The notes under the pieces are model-generated. The model had not been told where the DNA came from and ran no database searches. It saw only the letters and a program-made list of their open reading frames with translations. A DNA stretch of 64,000 nt. Origin: a virus. Lineage: Duplodnaviria > Caudoviricetes. The stretch's first letter is position 1. The number at the start of each line of letters is the position of its first letter. Below, one piece after another: positions 19,944-32,354 of the stretch. Position numbers and translations under genes: made by a program. Location of the stretch: the IMG/VR virus record IMGVR_UViG_3300033802_000250; one strand, 5' to 3'.

Positions 19944-20222
19944 TTACTGCTCGCTCATCGGGAGTAACGGCTGGAACAGGATCGTCGGAACGCCTTCGTC
20001 CGTGATCGTCACATCCGACAGCTTCGCTTCATAATCGGGAGCGCCGTTCGTGAACATCGTGAACGTCTGTCCGATGTACGGTCTCAAAGGCTCGAAGTCG
20101 ATGGTTTTGCCGTCTTCGGAGCGATGCACCGTACGACCATCCGGCAGGTGGTAGTGCGATACATAGCACTCCTTGCCCGGATCGTTCACACAGAAGACTT
20201 CAAGCTTCTGATTGTTTGACAT
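19944..20222 (-). CDS. Hypothetical protein
   Basis: ORF with GGAGG RBS. Confidence 0.65.
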   Translation of the reverse strand: MSNNQKLEVFCVNDPGKECYVSHYHLPDGRTVHRSEDGKTIDFEPLRPYIGQTFTMFTNGAPDYEAKLSDVTITDEGVPTILFQPLLPMSEQ

Positions 20223-20514
20223 AGATACCACCTCCTTCGACGAAGCGAATGAGAGAGGAGCCGTATTTCTCGATCTCTTGAAAATGCCTGTCGGGAATGA
20301 TCGTCACCGGCTCCACTCGTTGCAGTTGAACAAAGTCGGGGTTGACATCATACTCGACGCCGTTGATCGCGAGAGTCACAAATTCGTCCTCATTGATGCG
20401 ACGTTGTTTCTTCGCGATCTGATTGCGGATGACCAGATACTTGTCCGCCGCCGTGTAGAACTCGACCAATACACCGTGGCCGAACGAAATCAGCACCTTG
20501 ATGATGTGTTTCAT
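20200..20514 (-). CDS. Hypothetical protein
   Basis: 104-aa ORF coupled to the dnaE stop. Confidence 0.7.
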   Translation of the reverse strand: MKHIIKVLISFGHGVLVEFYTAADKYLVIRNQIAKKQRRINEDEFVTLAINGVEYDVNPDFVQLQRVEPVTIIPDRHFQEIEKYGSSLIRFVEGGGIYVKQSEA

Positions 20515-23500
20515 AATGCTTCTTCCTCCTCATCGTCGTCCTCGAAATACTTCGACAGATCGTCCTTCCGCTTCTTCTTACCCTTCAGTTTGTCTTCCAT
20601 CAGTTCTGCCATCGGATCCTTGCGCTTCTTCGGCTTCATCTGCTCTACGACGGGCAGTTCCGGCTCCTCTTGAGTCTGCGGCTTGGGCTCATCGTTGATG
20701 CCGAGTTCACGCTTCAGCTTTTTGGTCTTCTGCACGAGAATCTTGCTTGCAATGAACTTTTCTTGCCGCTCGCCCTTGTAGTAGGTTTCCTCCTTGTAGC
20801 CGCGCACAACCACAATATTGTCCTTGTACAAGTGCTGAGCGTATTCATCGTAAACATCCGGGAAGACCGTTACCTCGATGGGCTCCAACTGCGTCTCCAG
20901 TGTGAGGAAGGCCATCGGTTTGCCCTTCTTGGTCTTGATGATCTTGGCCGATATAATACGGCCTCCGATATCGTAGAAGACTTTATCCCGCCGCCGGGAG
21001 AGTTTCATATCTTGAAGCGGCGTAAACGGAAGGTCTTCATACGGGGAGCCGGACACATACACACCGATCAATTCACGCTCCATCTCCAACGCCTTCTTGT
21101 CGTTGAACTCCTTCTCGTTCCACTTCACCGAATGGGTTGCTTTCGCTTTGTCCTTCTCCAAAGTCTCCGGCGTACCCGTCCACACTTTGTCCTTGCGGAT
21201 GGTGAAATTGTAATAGTTCAGGAGCTTGTACCGGTTCTTTTCAAACCGGTCGAAACATCCGGCGGAGATCAGCGTTTGGTAGTGGTTGCGTTTGACTTGG
21301 CTTCCCTTGAACGTATGACGCTGTACGAAGTCGTCGAAGGATTGGTACGGGCCATTCTTCTCTCGCTCGTTGACGATTTGGTTGACCGTCGCTTGACCGA
21401 TTCCGGCAATCGACAGCAGGCCGTATCGGATGCCGTCTTTCTCCGGTGCGAACTCCGAGAACGAACGATTTACATCTGGCGGCAGAATCTTGATGCCGAG
21501 CCGCTTGGCTTCCTTCAGGTTGTCGAGCGTCTTGTCGGCCTTGTCGCCGCGCACGCTGAGAAGGGCGGTCATGAACTGCACCGGATAGTGGCACTTGAGG
21601 TATGCGGTCTGGAATGTTTCGTCCGCATAACACCCGGAATGCGGCTTGTTGAAGGCGTACCCGGCGAACTTCACCATCTGCTTGAACAGATTGCGGGCAA
21701 ACTTCTTGTCGTACCCCATCTTGAGTGCGCCCGGGATGACGTGTGCCGCCATCGCCTTCTTGGTTGCCTCCAGTTCGGCCTGAATTTCCGGCTTAGTCAG
21801 TTCGATGTCGTTCCCGTCATACTTGGATTTCACGCGGATGACTTCGTTGCCATCCTTATCTTTGAACTTGGGCAGGCTGTCGTATTCGGCAAGCAGTTTT
21901 TCCCACTTCTTGACGACATACTTGTGCCCATACATGAACTCGTCATACAGCTTCTTTACATCGGCGATCTTCTTCTTGCCGATGACGCGCCGGAAGCTGT
22001 CCGCGTGGCCGAGATTGTATCCGGCCACGCGCTGGACGATGCTCATGACCTGTTCCTGATAGATCATCTGCCCCCGAGACTTCCGCAGGAACTCGCGGAT
22101 TTCCGGGCGAACCTCCTTCATGTACTCCTGCGGCTTCCGGCTACCGTTGATGACGTACTGTTGAGCGATAGTATTACCATTCTCCAGCACGGCATCGAGC
22201 GGCCCCGGACGGTAAAGCGCCAGAATGTCGATGATCTCATCCTGTGTTTTGGGCTTAACCTGCATGGTGTACTTCGTAATGCCGCCACCGTTGATTTGGA
22301 ACAACCCATGTGTGTTGCCCTCTGCAATGAATTTGAACGTTTCCGGGTCGTCACGTCCGATTTCGTACAGATCGACTTCTTCGCCGGTACTGGAGCGAAT
22401 CAACTCCAACGTCAACGAAATGATGCGAAGCGTAGACGTACGGAGCAAGTCCATCTTCAGCAGGCCAACTTCTTCACAGTCGGGATAATCCCACATCGTA
22501 ATCGGCAGTACGGCCTTGGAATCTTCACGCGGCATGATCGTCGGGCAATCGAGCGCAAGCGGTCGCCGCGAGATGATGACACCGCCCGCATGAATGCCGG
22601 ACGTTTGGATACACCCTTCGATTTTGGCAAGCCGTTCGTTAAGCTCGGGATACTTCAACATGAGGCGACGGAACTCCTTGGATGCCTCGATGAACTTCGG
22701 CAACTCGGATCCATACTCCTCGTATTTTTCCGGCCTTTCGGCAATCTCCATCATCTTCTGGTAAGTACAATCCGACTGGTCAGGCATCTTGCCTTGGTCG
22801 CCCGCGATTTCCAGCACCGCGCCGATCTCGTCGGCGACTTTATATCCGTAGGCAACCACCTTACCGCTCTTGTCCTTCTTCTCCAGCGCCTTACAGATGC
22901 CGTTGACGGCAGAGCGAAGCTTGTACTTCGTAAAGGTAAGAATCTGCGCCACCCTGTCTCTGCCGTAGCGTTGCGCCACAAAGTCGAGAAGCATTTCATG
23001 ATTCGTCCCGTCGAAGTCGGTCGGTTACACCGCCCCTTTCGGGGTACTTTAACTCCACGTCACTGCGTGGACGGCCTAGACTATACCATCGTCTCCATAC
23101 ACCCTGCTCCGCCAAACAGGGCTTGTTTGTATGGTCACGCCCCTTGGTAGTCGTTGGGGGCTTCCCATATCCCAAATTGGGACTTAGGGCTATCCCTGCT
23201 GATTGCCCATTGTCACGATCCTGCTCGGTTGTACGTTCAGGATCATCCTCCAACTTATTTCTGCTCTCGCTCCGTCACAATACCCTTTCGAGTATTGCTT
23301 TGGCATGGAGGCTTTAGGGCTTCCCAGCATATTCGGGGTACGCACGCCACCTCTCGGAAGCGTGGGACTGTTTGATAATGCAGTAGCGTTCATACTTGCG
23401 TTCAAGGTATATAGTCGCATCGCGATACATATATTCTCCGGCAGTAATCAAATCATCTATGGCTCCAAATTGCAATTATCACGCTACAAGCATTATCTTC

Positions 23501-24927
23501 CAATCAATGTCCGGCGGACTGTTCCGATACGGATTCAGGAACCGCTCGAACATGAAGTCGTACTCGATAGGATCGAGCTTGGTGATGCCGAGCAGGAACG
23601 CGGTAATCGCGCCCGCCGCCGAGCCCCGGCCCGGGCCGACATAATATTGCGGATAGAACTCGTATTTGGCGTTTTCCGGGTCGGCTTTTAGCCACGCGGC
23701 GTTCGGTGCGTAGGATTTCCACTTCTTCCGGTTGGTTGCCCAAAGAATGATGTCCCACAGGATCAGGAAGTAGGAAGGGAACCCCTTCATGACGATAACG
23801 TCCAGTTCAGATTCGATGCGCTTGATGTACGTCTTGATGTTGATGCGTTTCTTCTTTTTACGCATCTTCTGGACGTATTCGAGGAGATTGTCATACATGA
23901 GTTTCCGCAGGTACGTTGTCGGAGTATGACCTTCCTCGCAGTATGGATACTCCGGCATCAGGTTTTTGCCGAGTTCCAGATCGACATTACACATGTCGGC
24001 GATTTTGCAGGCGTTCTCAATCGCCTCGTACGGGATGTTGTTCTCATCGGCCCAATCATACACTTCCTCCGCCGACGCTAGATGGTAGGTATTGGTGCCG
24101 AGATAAGGAGCGCATTCGTAAATGGTCTGTCTACGCCCCATCGCAACGAGCGTATGATGAGCATCCTTGTCTTCAGGCCGGACGTAATGCACGTCCTTGG
24201 CATAGACCAGCGGGATTCCCGTCTCCTCGCTCATCTGAATGAGTTGCATGTTGACCATATCCTGCTCCCGGCTACCATTATCCTGAATTTCCAGATAGTA
24301 GCCGTAGAACAGTTTGCTCCGGCGAATCGCTTCCTTCTTGGCCTTCTCATATTCCCCGGCGAGGAGCAGGCGCGGGATGTATCCGGCCAGACATCCGCTG
24401 GTCGCGATGATGTTCTTGCCGTAGCCGTTTTCCTCGATAAATTTCATATCCGTCCGGGGCTTTTTGTAGAACCCTACCGTATTGGCGTCGGCGATGAGCG
24501 CTTGCAAGGCGGCCCAACCTTCGTTGTTGACCGGAAGCATCGTGATGTGATAGATGCCGTCTTGGACTTCCTCATCCTCACTTTGCTTCGTCTTGCTTTT
24601 CTTGAAAGCGTCCTTCACTGTCCGGTCGGGGGATTCATACATTTCACAGGCCGGTATGAACTTGAGGCCATGCTTTTTGCACGCCTTCTTCATCTGAATC
24701 ACGCCAGATATGTTGCCGTGATCCGTCAGCACCAGCGTATCAATCCCGATTTCAGCCGCACGTTTTGCAAGCTCCTCGGGTTTCGCCGATGCGTCGCTGA
24801 TCGAATAAATACTGTGGTTGTGGATATGCACAACCCGCAGTTTATCCGGTCGTTTGCGCTTTTTCGTATTCAGTTTTTTGGCCTTCTTGGGTGTCGATTC
24901 TTGATGTTCGCAACATTCTTTCGCCAC
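20511..24927 (-). CDS. dnaE: DNA polymerase III alpha subunit, join(24927..23503,23021..20511), about 1311 aa
   Basis: PHP motifs HIHNH and TDHG, GRGSAAG, FERFLNP; splicing restores PDID|TDF; HAGGV, KMDLL, YAFNKPH and OB domain. Confidence 0.95.
23022..23502 (-). ncRNA. Group I self-splicing intron in dnaE (481 nt, no ORF)
   Basis: Exon 1 ends in U, intron ends in G; P AAUAUGCUGGGAA, Q GGCAAUCAGCAGG, R CAACGACUA, S GGUAUAGUCUAG. Confidence 0.92.
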
Positions 24928-25390
24928 TTACATCCCTCCTTCTTATCACCCCATACCATATTAGCATAGCGTATATGCGGGCAAGCAAGTAGGCGGTGTA
25001 GCTTTCGACAGTCCGGCATCCCTTTTCTTCATTGCAAGGCTTGCAACAACAAGCCAAATTGAACTTGAGCAGGGAACCGCCGAGACGCTTCGGAGTCATG
25101 TGGTCGATGGTCAAGAGTTCATGCCCTCTGTGCATTTGCCTTCCGCAGATATAGCACACGTAATTAGCCTCGGCCCACACTTCCTCTTTCATGCGCTTCT
25201 CGTCTTTGCTGTCGATTTGCAATTGAATGGTATCCTCAGACACCCACACACAGCGATGTTGTCGCACGAATGACTTCGCCTTCGGGAGCGTGGTATAGCT
25301 GTCGAGGACGCCATTCTTGTTCAGAACCTTAATCGTCGAAGACGAAGTCTTCTTCTTCGCCGCCCGGTTCTTCATTTGACCCTTCATCAT
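24842..25390 (-). CDS. HNH endonuclease (start uncertain)
   Basis: CYICG...TIDHMTPKRLGG...NLACCCKPCN..KG. Confidence 0.82.
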   Translation of the reverse strand: MMKGQMKNRAAKKKTSSSTIKVLNKNGVLDSYTTLPKAKSFVRQHRCVWVSEDTIQLQIDSKDEKRMKEEVWAEANYVCYICGRQMHRGHELLTIDHMTPKRLGGSLLKFNLACCCKPCNEEKGCRTVESYTAYLLARIYAMLIWYGVIRRRDVSGERMLRTSRIDTQEGQKTEYEKAQTTG

Positions 25391-26054
25391 CGGAGAACTC
25401 CAACAGTTCTTCTTCCTGTTGTGCGACTTTGGTTTGTTGTTTTTCCTCGATGACAAGCTTCACGCTTTGATTATGAACCGTCGTCGGGTTCTTTCTGAAC
25501 TCGGCGTCCTTCTGCTTGATTTGATCCAGCGTCGGGAAGCCGTGCGGCAGTTCGTCGAGATAAAATCCGTACGACAGCGTCGGGTCAATGGAGCAATCCA
25601 CAACACAGATGATATGCGAGTTCTTTGGCAGGCGGCCCTGTGTGTGTTTCAGGACAAACTCATATTCGTCCTTCTCGACACGGACAACGGGCCACCGCTG
25701 GCCGATACATCCGATCCAAAAATGCTCCGCCAAAACAACCGGATTCGCGCTGTGGATATCATTGACATAGATCGACCGGGAGGTGCCGGTCACTTCCGCA
25801 AGCGTGATCTTCTGTGTGCCATCACTGATGGTGCTTTTGCCGATGAGCTTGTGTTTGAGAACGCTCTCCGGCAAGCCCGCCGTGTTGACCCGCTTTTCCT
25901 CTGCGGGCTTGTGGGTCTTGATTTCGATAGCCTTGGCCTTTTTCTTGGGGGCGGTATCCAGCTTCTCGGCGGTAGCCGCCGACTCGGCCTTGGCTTTCTT
26001 CACGTCGGCGCGTACGGACTTCTTGGATGGCTTTTTGTCTTTCTTCTTGCCCAC
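25329..26054 (-). CDS. Hypothetical protein with K-rich N-terminus and acidic C-terminus
   Basis: 241-aa ORF with AAGGAGG RBS. Confidence 0.75.
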   Translation of the reverse strand: MGKKKDKKPSKKSVRADVKKAKAESAATAEKLDTAPKKKAKAIEIKTHKPAEEKRVNTAGLPESVLKHKLIGKSTISDGTQKITLAEVTGTSRSIYVNDIHSANPVVLAEHFWIGCIGQRWPVVRVEKDEYEFVLKHTQGRLPKNSHIICVVDCSIDPTLSYGFYLDELPHGFPTLDQIKQKDAEFRKNPTTVHNQSVKLVIEEKQQTKVAQQEEELLEFSDDEGSNEEPGGEEEDFVFDD

Positions 26055-26150
26055 GGTATCTCCTCCTTCGGAATGCTTCGCGGGTTATGGACTTGGTAAG
26101 CTCCACCGCCGCGATTCGGATCAGCAACTTTAACAAATCACGCATACGCA

Positions 26151-27236
26151 TCACCCAACCGCAAGCAGACAGGTTTGATCGGAACGCCCTTCGGGCTGGA
26201 TCGCAATCGGCTGTTGCTCATTGATGCCGATGGTAATCTGATCTGCATCTATCGCCTTCACAACATCCGTCATACGCCGAATGTCGATTTTGACATTGGT
26301 TTTCTTGCCCTTCACATCCGTCGGAATGGCCTCGTGGAAATCCGTTTTCTGCGTTCGTCCTTCCAGTATTACCTTTCCCTTTTCAACCTGTAATATGCCT
26401 TTGGCTTGACCGGCATCTTCCAGAATGGAAGTGCCGCGCTCCAGCACGCCGAGCAATTCATGTTTGTCGAGCGTAAAGCTCGTCATGAAGTCCTTCTTCG
26501 GCATTTTGATGGCCGGATATGAGCCGGAATACACCGGAATGTAATACGTGATATCGTTGTGTTTGACGATGAGCCGCGTATTGCGATCCGACTGGATCGT
26601 CACTTTGTCATCATCGCGCACCGTTTTGGCCGCATTAACCAGCGACTTCTTCGCCACGGTCATATTCATTTCCTTGGCCTCGATGGATTTCTTGCAATGC
26701 GCGATAATGTATCCGTTCATCGACATGAACTTCAGCCGCTTGCCATCACTGACAATATTGATGCCTTCAAGAAGCGGCGCTTCCGCGCCTCTGCGTTCCG
26801 GCTTTGTGGCAAACGCCACACCGAGTACAAGCCGCTTGAAGACTTTGCCCGCGAGGTCAATGCGAAGTTCTTCTTCGATTTTCGGCAGATCGGGAAACTT
26901 CTCGGGCTCCAATATGCCGAATTTCGGCTTGCCCCGGCTACTTTCGACCGTTACCCGTTCGTCGTCCAGCTTGACGGTGACTTCCTTCACATCCAGCTTG
27001 GAAATGTAGCCAATGAATCGGTCGCCTTCAATGACGGTATCGAACGGTTTCTTGACGGTTGCATCAATCCAGATTTCCGTGGAGTGCGCACCTTCCGTGG
27101 ACATCAGCTTCACCCGGTTTTTCTTCTTGTGACATTTGATGCGGATGCCGGGATGACCGCTGGTTTCCGTCCCGACCGTCGGCGCGATGACGGAGAGCGC
27201 ATACTGAAGTTCCTGTAGCAAGCATGTGAATTGCAA
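26151..27236 (-). CDS. dnaN: DNA polymerase III beta sliding clamp
   Basis: 361 aa; FPDLP, FAT...LEGIN and SGSYP patterns; close to dnaE. Confidence 0.85.
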   Translation of the reverse strand: MQFTCLLQELQYALSVIAPTVGTETSGHPGIRIKCHKKKNRVKLMSTEGAHSTEIWIDATVKKPFDTVIEGDRFIGYISKLDVKEVTVKLDDERVTVESSRGKPKFGILEPEKFPDLPKIEEELRIDLAGKVFKRLVLGVAFATKPERRGAEAPLLEGINIVSDGKRLKFMSMNGYIIAHCKKSIEAKEMNMTVAKKSLVNAAKTVRDDDKVTIQSDRNTRLIVKHNDITYYIPVYSGSYPAIKMPKKDFMTSFTLDKHELLGVLERGTSILEDAGQAKGILQVEKGKVILEGRTQKTDFHEAIPTDVKGKKTNVKIDIRRMTDVVKAIDADQITIGINEQQPIAIQPEGRSDQTCLLAVG

Positions 27237-27256
27237 TGCTGTCCCTCCCTTGCTGG

Positions 27257-27847
27257 CTATACTTTATACCATTCATCAAGAACGGTTTTGGTCAGACCGT
27301 AGTCGATCAAAACGAATCTGCCTTTGTAGTACCCCCATGACGAGGGGCGGACGATATCGCCGAGAACAAGTCCGTAGTCATACACCAGCGTCTGGATGTC
27401 GTACCACAGCTTGCTTTTGAATGTCTTCCGCATCTCTTGCTGGGTCTTCGGATTGGAGTTGTATTCAATCACCCTCTCGGTGTTGATCTGATGCCGGTGT
27501 TTGCCGCACATCGCAATGTAAATGTACCGAAGACGCCTTTTGAACACCCGCAAGTTTTCGCGTGCGCTCTCCGGCATTTCCTTCAGATTGCTGATGGGCG
27601 TTGCCTTTGCCATAACGAGAATCTCATCATCCGGCGTAATGTCGATGATCGGGCACAAATGCGTTACACCGCGTTCGCTAGTCGCATACTTCCAGATCTC
27701 GTATTCCGCACGATTCTGTGCAAGGCCGCGCATAAGTCGCTTGTACCGGCCTCTGGCAACTTTCGCAACACGGTTGCCCATCAGGTACACCGTCCGGCTG
27801 GAGCCTTTGCCGACGGGTTTCTGCTGGCTGATATCCGGCAGATTCAT
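27257..27847 (-). CDS. Protein kinase-like protein
   Basis: VGKGSSRTVY Gly loop, VAKV, helix-C Glu, GDI..SSWG, LIDYG. Confidence 0.75.
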   Translation of the reverse strand: MNLPDISQQKPVGKGSSRTVYLMGNRVAKVARGRYKRLMRGLAQNRAEYEIWKYATSERGVTHLCPIIDITPDDEILVMAKATPISNLKEMPESARENLRVFKRRLRYIYIAMCGKHRHQINTERVIEYNSNPKTQQEMRKTFKSKLWYDIQTLVYDYGLVLGDIVRPSSWGYYKGRFVLIDYGLTKTVLDEWYKV

Positions 27848-27874
27848 GACATCCCTCCTTTCTTGAAAAGCAAA

Positions 27875-27896
27875 GCTCCCCGTGACAACGGGGAGC
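27875..27896. repeat. GACA-loop hairpin motif copy (terminator-like, after groES)
   Basis: GCTCCCCGT-GACA-ACGGGGAGC. Confidence 0.85.
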
Positions 27897-27906
27897 GGAT
27901 AGCGCT

Positions 27907-28236
27907 TTATTCAATGATGGCGATGATGTCGCGTTCGTTGATCACGAGCAAATCTTCCTTCTTGCCGCCGATTTCTACGTTAATCGGCACGCCCGCGAGC
28001 CGCGAGTAGATAACCTTCTGGCCGACCTCGACTTCCATCGGCATTTTGACACCATTGTCCAGCCGTGCGCCGGGGCCTGTGACAACGACGGTGCCTTCAT
28101 ACTTCGGCTCCTGCGCATTGTGCGCGATGATGATGCCGGATTTGGTGACTTCTTCCGGCGGCGTCGGCTTGACGATCAGACGTGCGCCAAGCACCGTAAG
28201 GTTCTCGTATCCGGGCAGATGTTTGCATTGACTCAT
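27907..28236 (-). CDS. groES: Co-chaperonin GroES
   Basis: LGARLIV, TKSGII, GTVV..GPG, VEVGQKV and ERDIIAII motifs. Confidence 0.93.
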   Translation of the reverse strand: MSQCKHLPGYENLTVLGARLIVKPTPPEEVTKSGIIIAHNAQEPKYEGTVVVTGPGARLDNGVKMPMEVEVGQKVIYSRLAGVPINVEIGGKKEDLLVINERDIIAIIE

Positions 28237-28254
28237 GCTGTATTCCCTCCTGAA

Positions 28255-28824
28255 TTAGCTGGCGACCTCTTGAATAGTCGCGATGATGGTATTTTTGATC
28301 TCAGAAGGCTTGCGTTTGCCTTCGTTGAGTTCTTCCACGATGTCTTTGACGACGACATACCCGGTGCGGGTCTGCTCGTGATACCCGCTGGTTGCAAGGA
28401 AAAGAAGATCCAGCAGGTATGCCTGCTCCTCGTTGAGCATGTTGATATCCGGCATGGATAAATAGGCGAGCGGCAATTCCACCAGCTTGTTGCCCGGCTC
28501 GGCTTTGGCAATGGTCATGGCGGTATCATTGAGGAACCGCTCGAATGTTACCGGATCAAGCTCTTTGCTGAAGACGTTCTTCGTTACGATGCCGTCATAC
28601 AACGGAAACGAATACACGACTTCAGTACGGATGTTACCGTTGGTAAGCTTCACGCCGGTCACGCGAATAAATTTCTCGCCGCCTTCCAGCGGCTTGCGGG
28701 TCGTCCCGAGAAAGAATAACCTTTCGCCATTCGCCTCGTCAACGACTTTTTCGTACTGAGCCTTAAACAGCATGGAGTCTCCCTCCTTTACAGGTAATCG
28801 GAGATGACGCGGATATTTTTCCAC
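28255..28824 (-). CDS. Hypothetical protein
   Basis: 170-189-aa ORF. Confidence 0.7.
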   Translation of the reverse strand: MEKYPRHLRLPVKEGDSMLFKAQYEKVVDEANGERLFFLGTTRKPLEGGEKFIRVTGVKLTNGNIRTEVVYSFPLYDGIVTKNVFSKELDPVTFERFLNDTAMTIAKAEPGNKLVELPLAYLSMPDINMLNEEQAYLLDLLFLATSGYHEQTRTGYVVVKDIVEELNEGKRKPSEIKNTIIATIQEVAS

Positions 28825-29443
28825 ATCCGATTCATCTTGTCCTTGAACTCCGCCTTGTCGATCCCCATCAGAGTGCGGGGATGATAGACCGGAATAACGG
28901 GAATCCGGCGTTCAGAACCGTTTTGCGGATTTCCCATCTCGAAGTGGAACTCGCCGTCAATCGCATCATTGATTGAGATGTGTTCAGTGGCGAGCGAACT
29001 AATCGCAACACTTCCGAGCGCCACAATAGCGGCTGGCTGGAGTATCGCAATCTCATTGACAAGATGCACGTAGCATTCCTTAATGTGGCCCATCGTGACG
29101 CGGTCGGCCCGACATTTGACGGCGTGTGTCCAGTAGATGTCTTCGACATTCAGCGGAATGCGCGAAAGGAGCATCATCATCACGACCTGAACTTCGATGA
29201 TGGATAGATCGTCTTTACCGAGCGGCGGATAGTCGCTGACGACGACGATTTCAGGACGAAGCGGCCCGATCCCGGCTATCGGGACATGACAACCGTCACG
29301 AAGGGAACAAGCCGAGCAACTCGTGATCTTGTTCCCAATCATGTTCAGACGGTTGTAATAAGAGGACATGCCCTCGACAACCTTGGACACGTCCTCTTGC
29401 TTCAACCCGCTGTCGATCAGGTGATCAGCAATGGCAATTGCCA

Positions 29444-29444
<1 letters not shown>
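28788..29444 (-). CDS. UDG family 4-like protein with altered catalytic motif
   Basis: CSAC..C, YWTHAVKC, IVALG and YHP retained; motif A reads SDYP instead of GEAP. Confidence 0.75.
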
Positions 29445-30529
<1,085 letters not shown>

Positions 30530-30556
30530 ATGGATTCATTGCCTCCTTGGTAGATG

Positions 30557-30697
30557 TCATTTTTCTTTCTGGAAAGCGCGGATATAATCATCGTTGAGAT
30601 GACTCAACGGTTGATCCTCATGCCACCGATGTTTCAGTTTAGCCGTGTCGATCAGCATAAGGCAGATAGCACAGATTGCCGCCAGCACAAAGGTCAT
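30557..30697 (-). CDS. Small membrane protein
   Basis: MTFVLAAICAICLMLID... Confidence 0.55.
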   Translation of the reverse strand: MTFVLAAICAICLMLIDTAKLKHRWHEDQPLSHLNDDYIRAFQKEK

Positions 30698-30717
30698 AAG
30701 ATGCACCCCCTGAAGGG

Positions 30718-31686
30718 TTACGATCTTTGCTTCAGTTCCAACCGAATGCGTTCCATCGCTTGATTCAGTTGTTGTTGAAGCGCGTCCATTTTCTTGTGGA
30801 CGATGTCTTCGTACTCCTCCAGCTTCATTTGAAGCTGGACGAACCGCTCCGCGTAGCCCTTGACGGCCTTGACGCTGACCTTTTCTTGGCTCAGCAGGTC
30901 GGCAAAGTCCGCGATCAGTTCGTTTGCGGATTCCTGAATGTCGGCTTCGGCCCGGCGGGCGATCATATCCCGCTGTTCGACGGTGTCGATGACAGGGATG
31001 ATTTCGATGATGGACGTTTGGCTCTTGTCCATATGGTACGGAGCCAGATCCCGAATCACTCCGGCCAGCGCGTCGAGCGTAGCGCGTTGCGTGCGCGGAA
31101 GGAAGGTTGCTTTCCCGTTGGGCATGATGCTGACGTGATTCATCGCGTTGATAACGCGACGGGTGATGTTGTTGATCGTTTCCCGCGTGTGGTAGTTGAT
31201 CCACTCGTTGTACAGGTCGCGGGCGGTCTCCAGCACCTTGTCATACGGATATTCCGACAGGAATCCGTGTTGGAAATCCGTCGAGACCTTCTCGGTCTTG
31301 CGGTCGAGGATGATCCTCCCAATTGTATTATAATCAAGGCGCTCGTCCTTGTCATTGACGACCTCCCGCACCAGATGCCGGATGACGAGATTTTCGTCGG
31401 ACTTCACTTCACGAACCAACAGCCTTGCCTTTTGATCCTTCCTGCCGCCGTAGTTGATTTGAATCGAAGATTCGACCTCCTTGGATGCGCGGCGGAAAGC
31501 ATCATGCGCATAGATTTTGTCCGGGAGGAATTTCTTTGTATCCAGTCCGTTGTCGGCGAAAATCCGGGCCAGGTCATCTTTGTGAATCCGCAAGTCGCGG
31601 ATGGAATGGAATTCGAGGAACCCGAGCAATTCGGATGTCGGGATGTCCGCATTACTGCGGATGACTGCTGGTGCTGTCGTTGTCAT
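30718..31686 (-). CDS. Conserved hypothetical protein (DUF6744-like)
   Basis: DAFRRA motif and C-terminal coiled coil; family assignment from memory. Confidence 0.6.
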   Translation of the reverse strand: MTTTAPAVIRSNADIPTSELLGFLEFHSIRDLRIHKDDLARIFADNGLDTKKFLPDKIYAHDAFRRASKEVESSIQINYGGRKDQKARLLVREVKSDENLVIRHLVREVVNDKDERLDYNTIGRIILDRKTEKVSTDFQHGFLSEYPYDKVLETARDLYNEWINYHTRETINNITRRVINAMNHVSIMPNGKATFLPRTQRATLDALAGVIRDLAPYHMDKSQTSIIEIIPVIDTVEQRDMIARRAEADIQESANELIADFADLLSQEKVSVKAVKGYAERFVQLQMKLEEYEDIVHKKMDALQQQLNQAMERIRLELKQRS

Positions 31687-31757
31687 GCTTCAGACCTCCT
31701 TAATGAAAGATATCTATGTCATACGCAGGCCGCTGGCGGCAAAAGCCCGCGTTTGTT

Positions 31758-32354
31758 TTATTCGTTACCATCAGTATTTCCCGATGTAACGTTGGTTATA
31801 CATTCGTCGTCGCTGATGTAGCCTTCGGATGTGATGACGATAATTTGAAACTTCTTTCCGTCCGCTTCGATCTCATGTTTGCCAAGCAGACGGGTCGCTC
31901 TTGTGTTGACGGTTTCCCATTTGCCTTCGGACGATTTCCAATACACCGCAACGATGATATACTGCTTGCCGGTTTGGAGCACTTCAATAGAGGTTCTGTA
32001 TTCGCCGCCAAGCAGTTCTTCTTCGTAGAAGCCCACCATGTTGGGCAGGGTATAATCCTTCAGCGGCTTTGTGCCTCGCAAGAATCCGATGATGTCCTTG
32101 GCTTTGTCTTGCTGGATCACAATTACCGCCGTATCGTCGAAGTTCGGGTCACAGATGACTTCATGGAAAAACTGCTCTGTGACGAATGCTTCGATGCGAC
32201 GTTCGCAGTTTGCGCAGGACGGATATTGTATCGGAGCGTTCGGATCTACCTGCGGGCGCCACTCATTCGTCGTCAGATTCACGAGCACCGGCATACACTG
32301 GTACACACGAAACCAGTCATTGCCGCAGTACGGACAGACCTTGTTGTCAGACAT
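31758..32354 (-). CDS. Zinc-ribbon hypothetical protein
   Basis: CPYC and CANC. Confidence 0.7.
   Translation of the reverse strand: MSDNKVCPYCGNDWFRVYQCMPVLVNLTTNEWRPQVDPNAPIQYPSCANCERRIEAFVTEQFFHEVICDPNFDDTAVIVIQQDKAKDIIGFLRGTKPLKDYTLPNMVGFYEEELLGGEYRTSIEVLQTGKQYIIVAVYWKSSEGKWETVNTRATRLLGKHEIEADGKKFQIIVITSEGYISDDECITNVTSGNTDGNE
31764..31801 (-). promoter_or_regulatory. Repeated phage promoter motif
   Basis: GTATA-N6-GTTACA-N3-GGAAATACTG-N3-GTAAC. Confidence 0.65.

Noticed and set aside
13571-23150. Long + strand ORFs (e.g. 13571..15490, 20670..23150, and 40421..41662 further on)
   Set aside because: They are antisense shadows of well-identified minus-strand genes, with no recognisable motifs or RBS.
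22996-23502. dnaE break as a split intein, frameshift or pseudogene; small ORFs inside the gap
   Set aside because: No intein termini are present, and group I core motifs with exact in-frame junctions explain the gap.
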